DNA of 59,090 nt, filler included. It is 7 parts of 7 records of this genome, joined end to end, with 100 filler letters (N's around TTAATTAATTAA, not from the genome) between each part and the next. Parts side by side here need not be neighbours in the genome. Positions count along the whole stretch, not along the records: positions 5,809 to 11,734 come from SRR31156797_72626; positions 11,835 to 19,915 come from SRR31156797_72658; positions 20,016 to 31,031 come from SRR31156797_72660; 4 more parts are not named here. One strand, 5' to 3'. Made by a program: the position numbers and the translations under genes. Position 1 is the first letter of the stretch. Every line of letters begins with the position of its first letter. The notes below the pieces were generated by a model. That model was not told the origin of the DNA. It saw only the letters and a program-made list of their open reading frames with translations, and made no database searches. Below are positions 10,283-20,152 of the stretch, piece by piece.

Positions 10283-10660
10283 TCAATTGTTCATCAGGTT
10301 GTCATACGTTCCATCCCGTTTCATTTCGCCCAGAATTTTTGAAATGACGGCCGCCAGCTTTTTCCCATTCCCGGTATTTTGAAACGCATAATAAATATCA
10401 TGCCGGGAAATGGGATTTGCTGCATAAGATTGAATCTTATCCGATAAGTTTTGAATTTGGATTGCCTTCAGGCCTGACCGTTCTTCAGCAGCAAAAGCAT
10501 CAATTCTTCCTGCCATAAGCTTCATGGCATTTACTTTGTCATTTTTTGCCCCCCCCCGGGTCACAAAAAATCCGGGAATTTTTTGTGAGTTTTGCGATAT
10601 ATGCATATCCTAACGTCAGCCCCACTCTTTTTTCTTCCAATTCCTTAATAGTGCTGATAA
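10283..10660 (-). pseudogene. Substrate-binding protein (SBP_bac_3) pseudogene fragment
   Basis: KLMAGRIDAF...IYYAFQ...LGEMKRDGTY; upstream KRVGLTLGYAY lies in another frame, shift near the C-run around 10549-10557; no intact N-terminus. Confidence 0.7.
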
Positions 10661-10864
10661 GCGAAATATACTGCTGCTGTTGTTTTTTTTAATCGTCCTG
10701 CTACCAGGTCTTTTGAACTTTCTGCAATATAGTGACGACAAAAGAGGGCTTGTTTTTTTAGACTTGAAATATAATTCAGGCGGTGCTACGTAAATTTCAT
10801 TTTTTTACTCGTTCATATCGGGAATAGCAGTGCCCTCAAAACTGGTTCTGATACCGGCCAGAGG

Positions 10865-11299
10865 TTGTATGATGAGGCCTTGAAGCCGGAAAAATGGTAT
10901 AGAGTTGAATTTTCCGAATCCTTGATTGTGGGAACATATCACCTGAGACTGACGGACATTCATGGACATGTTCATGATGCATACCGGTATTACAGCGGAC
11001 CGGAAACAGATCTGCCGGTGATTTCCTTAAATTCATTTTGTGCATATAAAGACGGGAATGGAAAACTTTTTATACCTGATGAGGTTTTTCAAATATTGGA
11101 AACGGCGGGTAACGGATTCGAATTCGGCCTGCATTTAAGAACCAATGACAACGCCAACAGGTCATACGCCCGGCAGATTCAATTCGACCGACTCAACATT
11201 GTCCCTGTCAAAGGAGATCTTGATAAGGACGGAGATGTTGATGGAGAAGACCTGAATCTCTTTTCTCAGAATTTTGGCGTATCGCCCATGGAAGAATAA
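10865..11299 (+). CDS. C-terminal fragment of a secreted protein ending in a dockerin/EF-hand-like Ca-binding motif
   Basis: KGDLDKDGDVDGEDLNLFSQNFG; no signal peptide or clear RBS, probably a remnant. Confidence 0.5.
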   Translation: MYDEALKPEKWYRVEFSESLIVGTYHLRLTDIHGHVHDAYRYYSGPETDLPVISLNSFCAYKDGNGKLFIPDEVFQILETAGNGFEFGLHLRTNDNANRSYARQIQFDRLNIVPVKGDLDKDGDVDGEDLNLFSQNFGVSPMEE

Positions 11300-11370
11300 T
11301 TCAGAAATCCGTGTGCCACCCAAAAGTTGCGAGCTGTGCGGAAGATAATTCCTCAAGATAAGAGAGGTTG

Positions 11371-11445
11371 GCAGAAGATGTGGTGCTTAACAATAAGCAG
11401 CTCATGGAAGTTGAGCGTGTTTTCCGCACCTTGAAATCAACCCTG
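11371..11445 (+). mobile_element. IS1634-like transposase remnant
   Basis: AEDVVLNNKQLMEVERVFRTLKSTL resembles the YKQLxxVERxFRxLK motif; short and isolated. Confidence 0.6.
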
Positions 11446-11631
11446 TTCAATACTTGGTATCAGAAGGAAAAAACTGGACCGCAAATTGCTGGACAAGGGG
11501 AATAATGCAGGTTTGATCTTTCATTGAGAAGTACGGATGTCTCCGTCCATGACGGCATGGAAGCAGAGATATCCGTACTCTTTTACAGGGTGGCCGGCCG
11601 CCGGGATCGGTGGCCAGGCCGGGTTGGTCAA

Positions 11632-11733
11632 TTATAAGGCTTCCGTGTAAATGCCAATGACATCGTCCAGGGTGGGACGTCTGGGGTTGGTGGCGCCGCA
11701 GGCATCTTTCTGTGCGTTCTCGGCCATGATCTT
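11632..11733 (-). CDS. Iron-containing alcohol dehydrogenase, 3' end (contig edge)
   Basis: Manual translation KIMAENAQKDACGATNPRRPTLDDVIGIYTEAL*. Confidence 0.8.
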   Translation of the reverse strand, partial: KIMAENAQKDACGATNPRRPTLDDVIGIYTEAL

Positions 11734-11734
11734 G

Positions 11735-11834
11735 NNNNNNNNNNNNNNNNNNNNNNNNNNNNNNNNNNNNNNNNNNNNTTAATTAATTAANNNNNNNNNN
11801 NNNNNNNNNNNNNNNNNNNNNNNNNNNNNNNNNN
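11735..11834. other. Artificial contig spacer
   Basis: N44-TTAATTAATTAA-N44. Confidence 0.99.
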
Positions 11835-11835
11835 C

Positions 11836-12264
11836 CTTCCCCTGACCCTGGCCATCATCGACGGCATGCTCGTAAAGGTCGGAACGGAAAAATTCGTAAT
11901 TCCCACCATCGCGATCCAGCGCTCCTTCCGCCCGGATAAAAAAGAGTGCTACACCGTGGAGAAAAAGGGGGAGATGATCAAGGACCGGGACAGCCTCATC
12001 CCGCTGATCCGCATGAAATCGGTCTGCGGCATCCAGGAGGATTCAAAACAGCCGTGGGAGAGTCTCGTGGTGGTGGTGGAATCAAAGGGTGAAGCCAGGG
12101 GATTGCTCATCGACGAGCTCCTTGGCAAGGATGAATACGTTATCAAGAGCCTTGGGGCCAACCTGGAGGAGATCCCCGGTTTTTCCGGCGGAGCGATCCT
12201 TGCCGACGGCAGGGTGGGATTGATTCTCGACATGTACGGCCTGTTCGAGATCGCCTCCGCCTGA
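11836..12264 (+). CDS. cheA: Chemotaxis histidine kinase CheA, C-terminal CheW-like domain (partial)
   Basis: LPLTLAIIDGMLV...IDELLG...VIKSLG...GGAILADGRVGLILD. Confidence 0.92.
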   Translation, partial: LPLTLAIIDGMLVKVGTEKFVIPTIAIQRSFRPDKKECYTVEKKGEMIKDRDSLIPLIRMKSVCGIQEDSKQPWESLVVVVESKGEARGLLIDELLGKDEYVIKSLGANLEEIPGFSGGAILADGRVGLILDMYGLFEIASA

Positions 12265-12291
12265 CCCCAGGCCAGAACCAAAGGTGATCCT

Positions 12292-12771
12292 GTGAAAATC
12301 ATCGTGGGTGTTTCTGACATGAAGGTGAGCAACAACCCCGGGGACGAGGTCGTTACCTACTCCCTGGGCTCCTGCATCGGCCTTGTGCTGTTTGATCCCG
12401 TTGCCAGGGTGGGGGGTATTCTCCACTACATGCTTCCGGAATCCTCCCTGGACAAGGAAAAGGCGGCCAACAAACCCTTCATGTTTGCGGACACGGGCAT
12501 TCCAAGGCTTTTCAAGCAGGCATACAAGTTTGACGCCATCAAGAAACGCATGAAGGTATCTGTGTTTGGCGGCGCCCAGATCCTGGACCAGAAGGGATTC
12601 TTCAACATCGGCAAACGCAACCACATGGCCTTGAAAAAGATCTTTTTCAAAAACAACGTCCTGATCGACCACGAGGATGTCGGGGGTAACGTCAACAGGA
12701 CGGTGAGGCTGGAGATCAAAACAGGGAATATCTATGTCAAAACCTCCGGGGCAAAGGAGGTGAAGATTTGA
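12292..12771 (+). CDS. cheD: Chemoreceptor glutamine deamidase CheD
   Basis: TYSLGSCIG, GGILHYMLP, FADTGI, FGGA, NIGKRN, EDVGG. Confidence 0.95.
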   Translation: MKIIVGVSDMKVSNNPGDEVVTYSLGSCIGLVLFDPVARVGGILHYMLPESSLDKEKAANKPFMFADTGIPRLFKQAYKFDAIKKRMKVSVFGGAQILDQKGFFNIGKRNHMALKKIFFKNNVLIDHEDVGGNVNRTVRLEIKTGNIYVKTSGAKEVKI

Positions 12772-13616
12772 CACCGATCCAGGAACTAATCAAAGAGATC
12801 CGACAGCTCACGCCCATGTCGCCGGTGGTGAACCAGATCATGGAAGCGGTGGACGCGCCCGGCTGCTCCATGGAAGATATCGCAAATATCGTCCAGTACG
12901 ACCCTGCCATGACGGCCAACATTCTTCGCACCTGCAACTCCGCCTATTTCGGCCTTCCCAATCCCATCGAGTCGATCAGGGACGCGGTGGCCATTCTCGG
13001 CATGGACCAGATCCTGGAGCTTGTGATGCTCAAGGCAGGCACCCAGGCCTTTGCAAAACCCCAGACAGGGTATGAGCTGGAGCAGGAGAAAATCTGGAAA
13101 TCCTCTGTCTCCTCGGCCCTGATCGCCAAGGAACTGGCAAAAAAACTCTGCCCGGCCCACCGGAACACCATCTTCACGGCAGCCCTGTTAAAGGATATCG
13201 GCAAAACCGTGCTCGACCGTTTCATCACCTCCTCCCGAGCAAAGATCACCACCCTTGTCAGGGAAGAGGGATACAGCTTCAGGGAAGCGGAAAAAAAGGT
13301 GATTGGGATCGACCATGCCGAACTGGGGGCCATGATCATGAAAATGTGGAAATTCAGCCCCCGGATGGTCAAGATCATCCGCCACCATCACCTGTCGGAC
13401 CCGACCATGCAAGAGGACCCAGACATCGCCATCGTCTACCTGAGCGACTGCATCTGCATGATGGCGGGCATGGGAACGGGGGCGGACGGCCTTGCCTATC
13501 GTTTCCACGACCAGGTGGTGGCAAACATGGGACTCACTTCCGACGATATCATGAAGATCATCGCAGGATTCACCCTGACCATGGAACAGGTCGAAGGGCT
13601 TCTGCAGATCGTATAA
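12768..13616 (+). CDS. HDOD-domain protein
   Basis: DPAMTANILRTCNSAYFG, AALLKDIGK, DHAELGA, IRHHH. Confidence 0.92.
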   Translation: MTPIQELIKEIRQLTPMSPVVNQIMEAVDAPGCSMEDIANIVQYDPAMTANILRTCNSAYFGLPNPIESIRDAVAILGMDQILELVMLKAGTQAFAKPQTGYELEQEKIWKSSVSSALIAKELAKKLCPAHRNTIFTAALLKDIGKTVLDRFITSSRAKITTLVREEGYSFREAEKKVIGIDHAELGAMIMKMWKFSPRMVKIIRHHHLSDPTMQEDPDIAIVYLSDCICMMAGMGTGADGLAYRFHDQVVANMGLTSDDIMKIIAGFTLTMEQVEGLLQIV

Positions 13617-13658
13617 CATTCTTACAACAGAAACGTAAATTCCCCCCGGGTGATGATT

Positions 13659-14078
13659 ATGGCATTTTCAATATTGATAGTGGATGATTCCAAGCCCATG
13701 CGCTCCGTGATAAAAAAGACCTTCAAGGCCGCAGGTTACGGCGGTTCCGATTACCATGAGGCGGCCAACGGCCTCGAAGCCCTGGAACGGCTTCAGGCCA
13801 GCTGGGTGGACATCGTGATCACCGACTATACCATGCCGGAGATGAACGGGCTGGCGCTCCTTGAGGCAATGAAACAGGACGAGCTGTTACGGACCATTCC
13901 CGTGGTGGTGATCACCACCGAAGGCAGCCGGCAACGCATCGACCAGTTCATGGCATCCGGGGCGGCCGGTTACATCAAAAAGCCCTTTACCCCGGAACAG
14001 GTCAGGGACATGATAACCTCAATTCTTGGAGAGAGCGATGAAGACGTTGACACCGACGATGATGACTTCGATTTCTGA
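13659..14078 (+). CDS. cheY: CheY-like single-domain response regulator
   Basis: ILIVDDS, ITDYTMPEMNG, ITTEG, YIKKPF; acidic tail. Confidence 0.85.
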   Translation: MAFSILIVDDSKPMRSVIKKTFKAAGYGGSDYHEAANGLEALERLQASWVDIVITDYTMPEMNGLALLEAMKQDELLRTIPVVVITTEGSRQRIDQFMASGAAGYIKKPFTPEQVRDMITSILGESDEDVDTDDDDFDF

Positions 14079-14478
14079 AGTGATGGAAACCATGTTCTTC
14101 CTCCCCCTGGAAGAGCAGGAGAAATCGAAAGTGGAGGAGGTGCTCGGGTCAGGGCCCCTCCATGCCTGCACCATCGACTTCACCGGGGCCTTCACCGGCA
14201 CCATGGCCCTTGTCGCCCAGGAGCCCCTTCTGTATGCCATGTCCGAAAACTTCATGGGAGAGGACAGGGAGTCCCTTACCCGGAAAGACCTTGAAGGGAC
14301 CCTCCAGGAGGCGCTGAACATGATCGCCGGCAACTGCTTCAGCAAGCTCGACCCCAACACCGTGGTCGACCTGGGGGTGCCGCAGATACAGGACACCCTG
14401 GATCAGGGGAGTTTCCCGGGGCACCTGGTGGTTATCACCACCGAGGGCATGCTGGCCGCCCTTTCAACCATTGAATAA
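14038..14478 (+). CDS. cheX: CheX-family phosphatase
   Basis: EVMETMFF, F.G.FTG, LQEALNMIAGN (ExxN motif); che context. Confidence 0.75.
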   Translation: MKTLTPTMMTSISEVMETMFFLPLEEQEKSKVEEVLGSGPLHACTIDFTGAFTGTMALVAQEPLLYAMSENFMGEDRESLTRKDLEGTLQEALNMIAGNCFSKLDPNTVVDLGVPQIQDTLDQGSFPGHLVVITTEGMLAALSTIE

Positions 14479-14498
14479 CGGCCCTGGCAGGGAGGTGA

Positions 14499-15545
<1,047 letters not shown>

Positions 15546-15579
15546 AACAGGCCCTCCCGGGGCCGGGCCAACCATAAAA

Positions 15580-15653
15580 GGGGTCAGACTTAGCTGATTA
15601 TCGACATATTATGATTCTACAAGCAATAAGGATAATAAGCTAAGTCTGACCCC
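15580..15653. repeat. 74-bp palindromic element (REP/MITE-like) between convergent genes
   Basis: GGGGTCAGACTTAGCT...AGCTAAGTCTGACCCC; 23-bp arms with 1 mismatch, AT-rich core. Confidence 0.75.
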
Positions 15654-15683
15654 GTCTTGCCGCCGTAAACAAGCCGGCCCTGC

Positions 15684-16343
15684 CTATCCATTACAAATCC
15701 GGGCCATATCCTGTATCAGAGGGGCCACCCGTTCCCTGTGCTCCGGGGGCACCATGAGCACCCTGGCCGCCTGGTTGCCGATGGTGACAAGACCGGTGCC
15801 CCGGGAACCGGGCGAAGCGGCCAAAATCATGTCCGACAGGTTGCCCGAAATCCCGTCACAATCCATCTGTTCGATGTACTGCATGAAAAGGTTGTTGACG
15901 GTCAACACAAGGGGGGGAAGGGTGGCCACCCCCACACGGCTGCAATCCTCCTGGGAGACAAGGCTTCTGCACCCGAAGGGCCGCGCCGGGTAGATGGCGC
16001 AGGTGTTGTCCTGCAGCAGGGGGCAGGCCCCCCAGGCGGGATCGTTCTCCTCCTCGGGAATCTCCCGGCCCTCCATACAAAGCCTGGCAAAACCGTTGAT
16101 GGTGGTCTTTGGCTGGAACCGTTTCCCTGCAAGGTTGTTTCCCACCCGCTCCGCGAGTGACGCAGCCTTTTCCGGACCGAGGGGTGCCGTGATATAATCA
16201 AGCTCCAGGGAGGTGAGGGTGACGTTGCAGGTGCAGCAGCTGGCGCACCCCTTGTGACAGACGAGGTCAGTCTTTGCCATGAAAGCGTCATAAAGGTCAT
16301 AGAGTTGCCCCAGTCTGTCAAGCCGTGAATCGTGTTGTGCCAT
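15684..16343 (-). CDS. YkgJ-family (CxxCxxCC) cysteine cluster protein
   Basis: CHKGCASCC, CPLL...CAIYPARPFGCR; ATG 16343 after AGGAGG. Confidence 0.88.
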   Translation of the reverse strand: MAQHDSRLDRLGQLYDLYDAFMAKTDLVCHKGCASCCTCNVTLTSLELDYITAPLGPEKAASLAERVGNNLAGKRFQPKTTINGFARLCMEGREIPEEENDPAWGACPLLQDNTCAIYPARPFGCRSLVSQEDCSRVGVATLPPLVLTVNNLFMQYIEQMDCDGISGNLSDMILAASPGSRGTGLVTIGNQAARVLMVPPEHRERVAPLIQDMARICNG

Positions 16344-16575
16344 TTTCCCTCCTGTTGGTTGATGATTGCCCGCCGATTGCTCGCCATTTTTACCATATCC
16401 CGGGAAGAATAAACAGGGCGCCGTCCCGATCAATACACATGACAAGGGTTTTGCGATTGACACGGGCCTTTTTTTTCTATAGGTAAAAGAACATATGGAC
16501 CATTGGCATTGATGTTAATTTCCGGAAAAAGGACTTCAGGCGATCGACTCAAACCCGTTGCATGGCATAACCGTT

Positions 16576-16929
16576 ATGACAGAAAAATCAAACCATGGGA
16601 GCGGTCACGACCAAAGGCTCTCACATAGACGTTACCTTGACATGTTCCACAGCGTTGAGCTTTCCATCGGCGGCATGCCCTATTGTTACCAGTTCAAACT
16701 CAGGGACCGGTCCGAAAAAGGCATGTGCGTGCTGGTACAGGAACAATCCGCCATCATGAACCACCTGAACATCGGGGATATCCTGGATGTCAAGTACTGG
16801 CCCAGCGACAAGTCCGTGCCCCCCGAAAACCTCAAGACCCAGATCCGGCACATCACCAAGACCCCCCCGGACCGTTCGGCCGGCCACTACTATGTGGGGC
16901 TCATGGTGGTGGAAACGGACAAACAATAG
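16576..16929 (+). CDS. PilZ-domain protein
   Basis: RLSHR (RxxxR) and DRSEKG (DxSxxG) c-di-GMP motifs. Confidence 0.8.
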   Translation: MTEKSNHGSGHDQRLSHRRYLDMFHSVELSIGGMPYCYQFKLRDRSEKGMCVLVQEQSAIMNHLNIGDILDVKYWPSDKSVPPENLKTQIRHITKTPPDRSAGHYYVGLMVVETDKQ

Positions 16930-17101
16930 CCAACGTTTCCTATCCCCCCTGTCCCTGGACCCCCCAAGTCCCTATTGCTCCGATCCTGGAAGATCCGGAT
17001 TTCCTGTTCCGCCTTTTCCGGCTTGACAAGATCATGGCCGGTGCGATATGAGCCAGGTACGGTCCGGACAACAAAGCTGTCCGGTATCCTAAACAATTAA
17101 G

Positions 17102-17314
17102 GAGCTTTTTGGTGCCTTCCCCCAGGAAGGCCGAGGGTCCGGCAGAACGCCGGCCCCCGCAGGGAACCCGGTGTAAATCCGGGACGGACCCGCCGCTGTG
17201 AGTGAGGACGACCGCCGCAACCGGTCACTGTGCTGCAGGTTACAATGACGAAGCAGCATGGGAAGACGCGGCCATTAGGATGATCCACGAGTCAGAATAC
17301 CTGCCATGCAAGCG
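17102..17314 (+). ncRNA. Cobalamin riboswitch
   Basis: GGTGCC...AGGGAACCCGGTGTAAATCCGGGACGGACCCGCCGCTGTGA (17161-17201)...GTCACTG...GGGAAGAC...GAGTCAGAATACCTGCC (17289-17305, B12 box). Confidence 0.93.
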
Positions 17315-17340
17315 TAAACAGACGTTCTCGGAGAGATGGC

Positions 17341-17380
17341 AAATCCCCGGGCTGATTTTGTGTCGGCTGGGGATTTTTTT
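17341..17380 (+). terminator. Intrinsic terminator, riboswitch expression platform
   Basis: AAATCCCC...GGGGATTTTTTT hairpin plus U-tract between aptamer and ATG. Confidence 0.8.
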
Positions 17381-17460
17381 ATGCCGGCACACCTGGATCG
17401 TTCGGAAAGGTTACCTGGACCGGGCACCCGCCCATGGAAAACCGTCCGAGAGGAGGAGAT

Positions 17461-19341
17461 ATGACCCCATATCAACTGTTTCTGTGCCTGCTTCTTGCCT
17501 ACATCATGCTGCTCATCAGTGTGGGATGGTACTTCAACAAACGACAGCAAACCCAGACCGACTTCTGGCTTGCCGGAAAAAAAGCCGGGACGCTCTCCAT
17601 CGGCTGTTCGGCCGCGGCATCCTGGCTCACCGCCGGCGGCATCCTGGCCGTCACCGGTTTTTTCATGCTCCTGGGCATGGGATCCGTCTGGGGGTTTGTG
17701 GCCCCCAACATCATCGCCCTGTTCGCCATCGGCCTGTTTGTCAAAAAGATAAAAGGCCTGCCGGCCATCACCCAGCCCGAGCTCCTGGAGCTTCGCTACG
17801 GCAGCTATCTGCGGCTGCCCGTGGCCGTCATCATCACCGTTGTGATGATCCTCTTTGCCGTGGCGGACATCAAGGGTTTTGCCATGGTGCTGTCGACCTT
17901 CTACGACATCTCCCCCCTGGTGTCGGCCCTGATCGTAGCCCTTGCCGTCTCCATCTACGTCACCATGGGCGGGCTCTCCGCCGTGATCGCCACGGACATC
18001 ATCCAGTTTTTCTGCCTGGCCCTGTTTGTGCTCATCATGGCCGCCGTGGTGATGGCCAGTGCCGGCACCCTCTCCGCCCTGCCTGTTTCAGCCCTGTTGA
18101 CATCGGTACCCGACAACTGGTGGAACCCCTGTTCCATCGGCATCCCCATGGTGCTGATCTTCTCGGTGGCCATCATTCCCGGCTGGATCACGGAACAGGA
18201 CCAGTGGCAGAAGGTCTGGGCGGCAAAGGATGAGAAAAGCGCCCGGAACGGCATGATCCTGGGATCCGTCCTGGTTGCCGTGGTGTTTGCCGGCTGCGCC
18301 CTCCTGGCCCTGGGCCTCAACACCCTCTATCCCGACATTGCCGGGGCGGGATTTCCCATGGGAATGGCCAAGGCCGAGCCCGCCCTTCTCACCTTTATCA
18401 TGGAACACAGCTTCTCCGGGTTCACCCTGGCCCTCTGCGCCGTGGGCCTTGCCACCGCCGCCATGTCCTGCACCGACACCTTCGCCACCTCAGGAGCCTC
18501 CTGTGTCTCCCGGGACATTTTCCAGCGCTACCTCCATCCCGGTGCCACCATGAAGCAGATGCACCGGGTCAACCGGGTCAGCGTGCTGATCATCATCGCC
18601 TTTGCCACCCTGGGCTCCTTTTTCATCGACTCCATCATCGACGCCATCCACATCGCCACCTTTATCGCCAGCGCCTCCTACTTCTTTGCCCTCATGGGCG
18701 GGCTCTACTGGAAACGGGCCACCGGCCAGGGCGCCGTGGCCTCCCTTGTCACCGGGTTCCTGGCCCAGTCCGCCCTGGTGATCGTGGATCTGGCCAAAAC
18801 ACCGCCCATGACGCCTCCCTACCTGGAATCGATCCACCCGGTACTCATGGGACACGGGGTGATCCTGTCCATGGCGCTCAGCGGCCTTGTGTTCGTGGGC
18901 GTCTCCCTGGCAACGGCCCCCACCTCCCGGGTGCGGCTGGCCCTGTTCTTCAAAAAGGAAGCGGAACAACTGACCGCTGACATTGCCGGGACCAAACCGG
19001 CCCCGGCCATGGCACCCCCGGCAATCATGGACACCATCCAGGAACGCATCCTGGGTGACCGGACCATCCTCCACCTGAGCTGCGACCTCCTTGGCACCCT
19101 TGAGTGGAAAAACTTTGTAAAAGGCCTTCAGAACTCAGGTGACCACTGGGTGTCGGCGTCGGGACTCGAATCGGTCCGGCGGATCACCCACCCGGACATC
19201 CTCTCCTGTGTGTCGGTCACCCGGGGAGAAACCGACGCCACCCTGTGGCTGGAGGCGGAAGCCCAAACCGGCAGCCTGGAGCGGGTGAAGCAGGAGCTCT
19301 CCCATGCCTACACCGAAATTCTCACAGTGGTTAAGGGGTAA
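17461..19341 (+). CDS. Sodium:solute symporter (SSS) family protein with extra soluble C-terminal domain
   Basis: DFWLAGKK, T.PELLELRYG, YVTMGGLSAVIATDIIQF, AAMSCTDT, GLYWKRAT; ATG after AGGAGA. Confidence 0.92.
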   Translation: MTPYQLFLCLLLAYIMLLISVGWYFNKRQQTQTDFWLAGKKAGTLSIGCSAAASWLTAGGILAVTGFFMLLGMGSVWGFVAPNIIALFAIGLFVKKIKGLPAITQPELLELRYGSYLRLPVAVIITVVMILFAVADIKGFAMVLSTFYDISPLVSALIVALAVSIYVTMGGLSAVIATDIIQFFCLALFVLIMAAVVMASAGTLSALPVSALLTSVPDNWWNPCSIGIPMVLIFSVAIIPGWITEQDQWQKVWAAKDEKSARNGMILGSVLVAVVFAGCALLALGLNTLYPDIAGAGFPMGMAKAEPALLTFIMEHSFSGFTLALCAVGLATAAMSCTDTFATSGASCVSRDIFQRYLHPGATMKQMHRVNRVSVLIIIAFATLGSFFIDSIIDAIHIATFIASASYFFALMGGLYWKRATGQGAVASLVTGFLAQSALVIVDLAKTPPMTPPYLESIHPVLMGHGVILSMALSGLVFVGVSLATAPTSRVRLALFFKKEAEQLTADIAGTKPAPAMAPPAIMDTIQERILGDRTILHLSCDLLGTLEWKNFVKGLQNSGDHWVSASGLESVRRITHPDILSCVSVTRGETDATLWLEAEAQTGSLERVKQELSHAYTEILTVVKG

Positions 19342-19347
19342 TCATCC

Positions 19348-19915
19348 ATGAACCAAGGTTTTCAAAACGCCGACCCGGCCCACCACGATTTCCAATACCT
19401 GGAAGATCTCTCCACGGCCTACTGGTATTCCCAGGTGCTGTTTACCGCCCTGGAGCTTGAAATTTTCACGTTCCTGGACCGGGGCACCTCCACCCTGCCC
19501 GAGCTTGCCGCGACCATGGATTGCCGGGAATCCGAGCTGTTCCGGCTCCTCAGGGCCATGGAATCCATGGCCCTTGTCTGCCACGACAGGGAACACTGGT
19601 ACAACGCCCAGGTGTCCGCCCTTTTTCTCGTCCCGGACCGGGAAGGATACATGGGGGATTTTTTCCTCTACCGCCAATACATGGCGCCCAACTGGACAAA
19701 GCTAATAGAGAAGGTCTCCGGCCGGGAACGGAAAAAGGCCGAGGAACTCGACTACAGGGAACGCAACCGCCGCTATGTGAAATCCATGGACACCCTGGTG
19801 AAGCAGAAGGCCCCGGAGATTGCCGCCCTGGTGGCAAAAGAAACCATGACCGGCCCGGTCCTGGATGTGGGGGGCGGGGCGGGCAGCCTTGCCCGGGCGA
19901 TCCTTGCAGAGAGCC
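19348..19915 (+). CDS. Dimerisation-domain O-methyltransferase, BzaC-like (partial)
   Basis: QYLEDLSTAYWYSQVLFTALELEIF wHTH dimerisation domain + VLDVGGGAG SAM motif; B12-riboswitch operon. Confidence 0.75.
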
Positions 19916-20015
19916 NNNNNNNNNNNNNNNNNNNNNNNNNNNNNNNNNNNNNNNNNNNNTTAATTAATTAANNNNNNNNNNNNNNNNNNNNNNNNNNNNN
20001 NNNNNNNNNNNNNNN
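19916..20015. other. Artificial contig spacer
   Basis: N44-TTAATTAATTAA-N44. Confidence 0.99.
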
Positions 20016-20152
20016 GCCGCTGTAAAAGTCGCGCCCCGAGCCGAAAAAGGCGTCCCGGTGATTGTAGATTTCTTCCCTTCCATGGACGCTCTCTCAAGAA
20101 GCACCCTGGCCCTCCATGAATACGGGGGGCAGCTCTGGTACAGCTTGATTGA

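Noticed and set aside
17202-18233. 343-aa ORF spanning the riboswitch and SSS gene
   Set aside because: Alternative-frame shadow of GC-rich coding sequence; overlaps a clear riboswitch
20016-20083. Possible 5' end of a gene (MEGKKSTITGTPFSARGATF), GlgX-like
   Set aside because: Only 22 codons before the contig edge; insufficient to call
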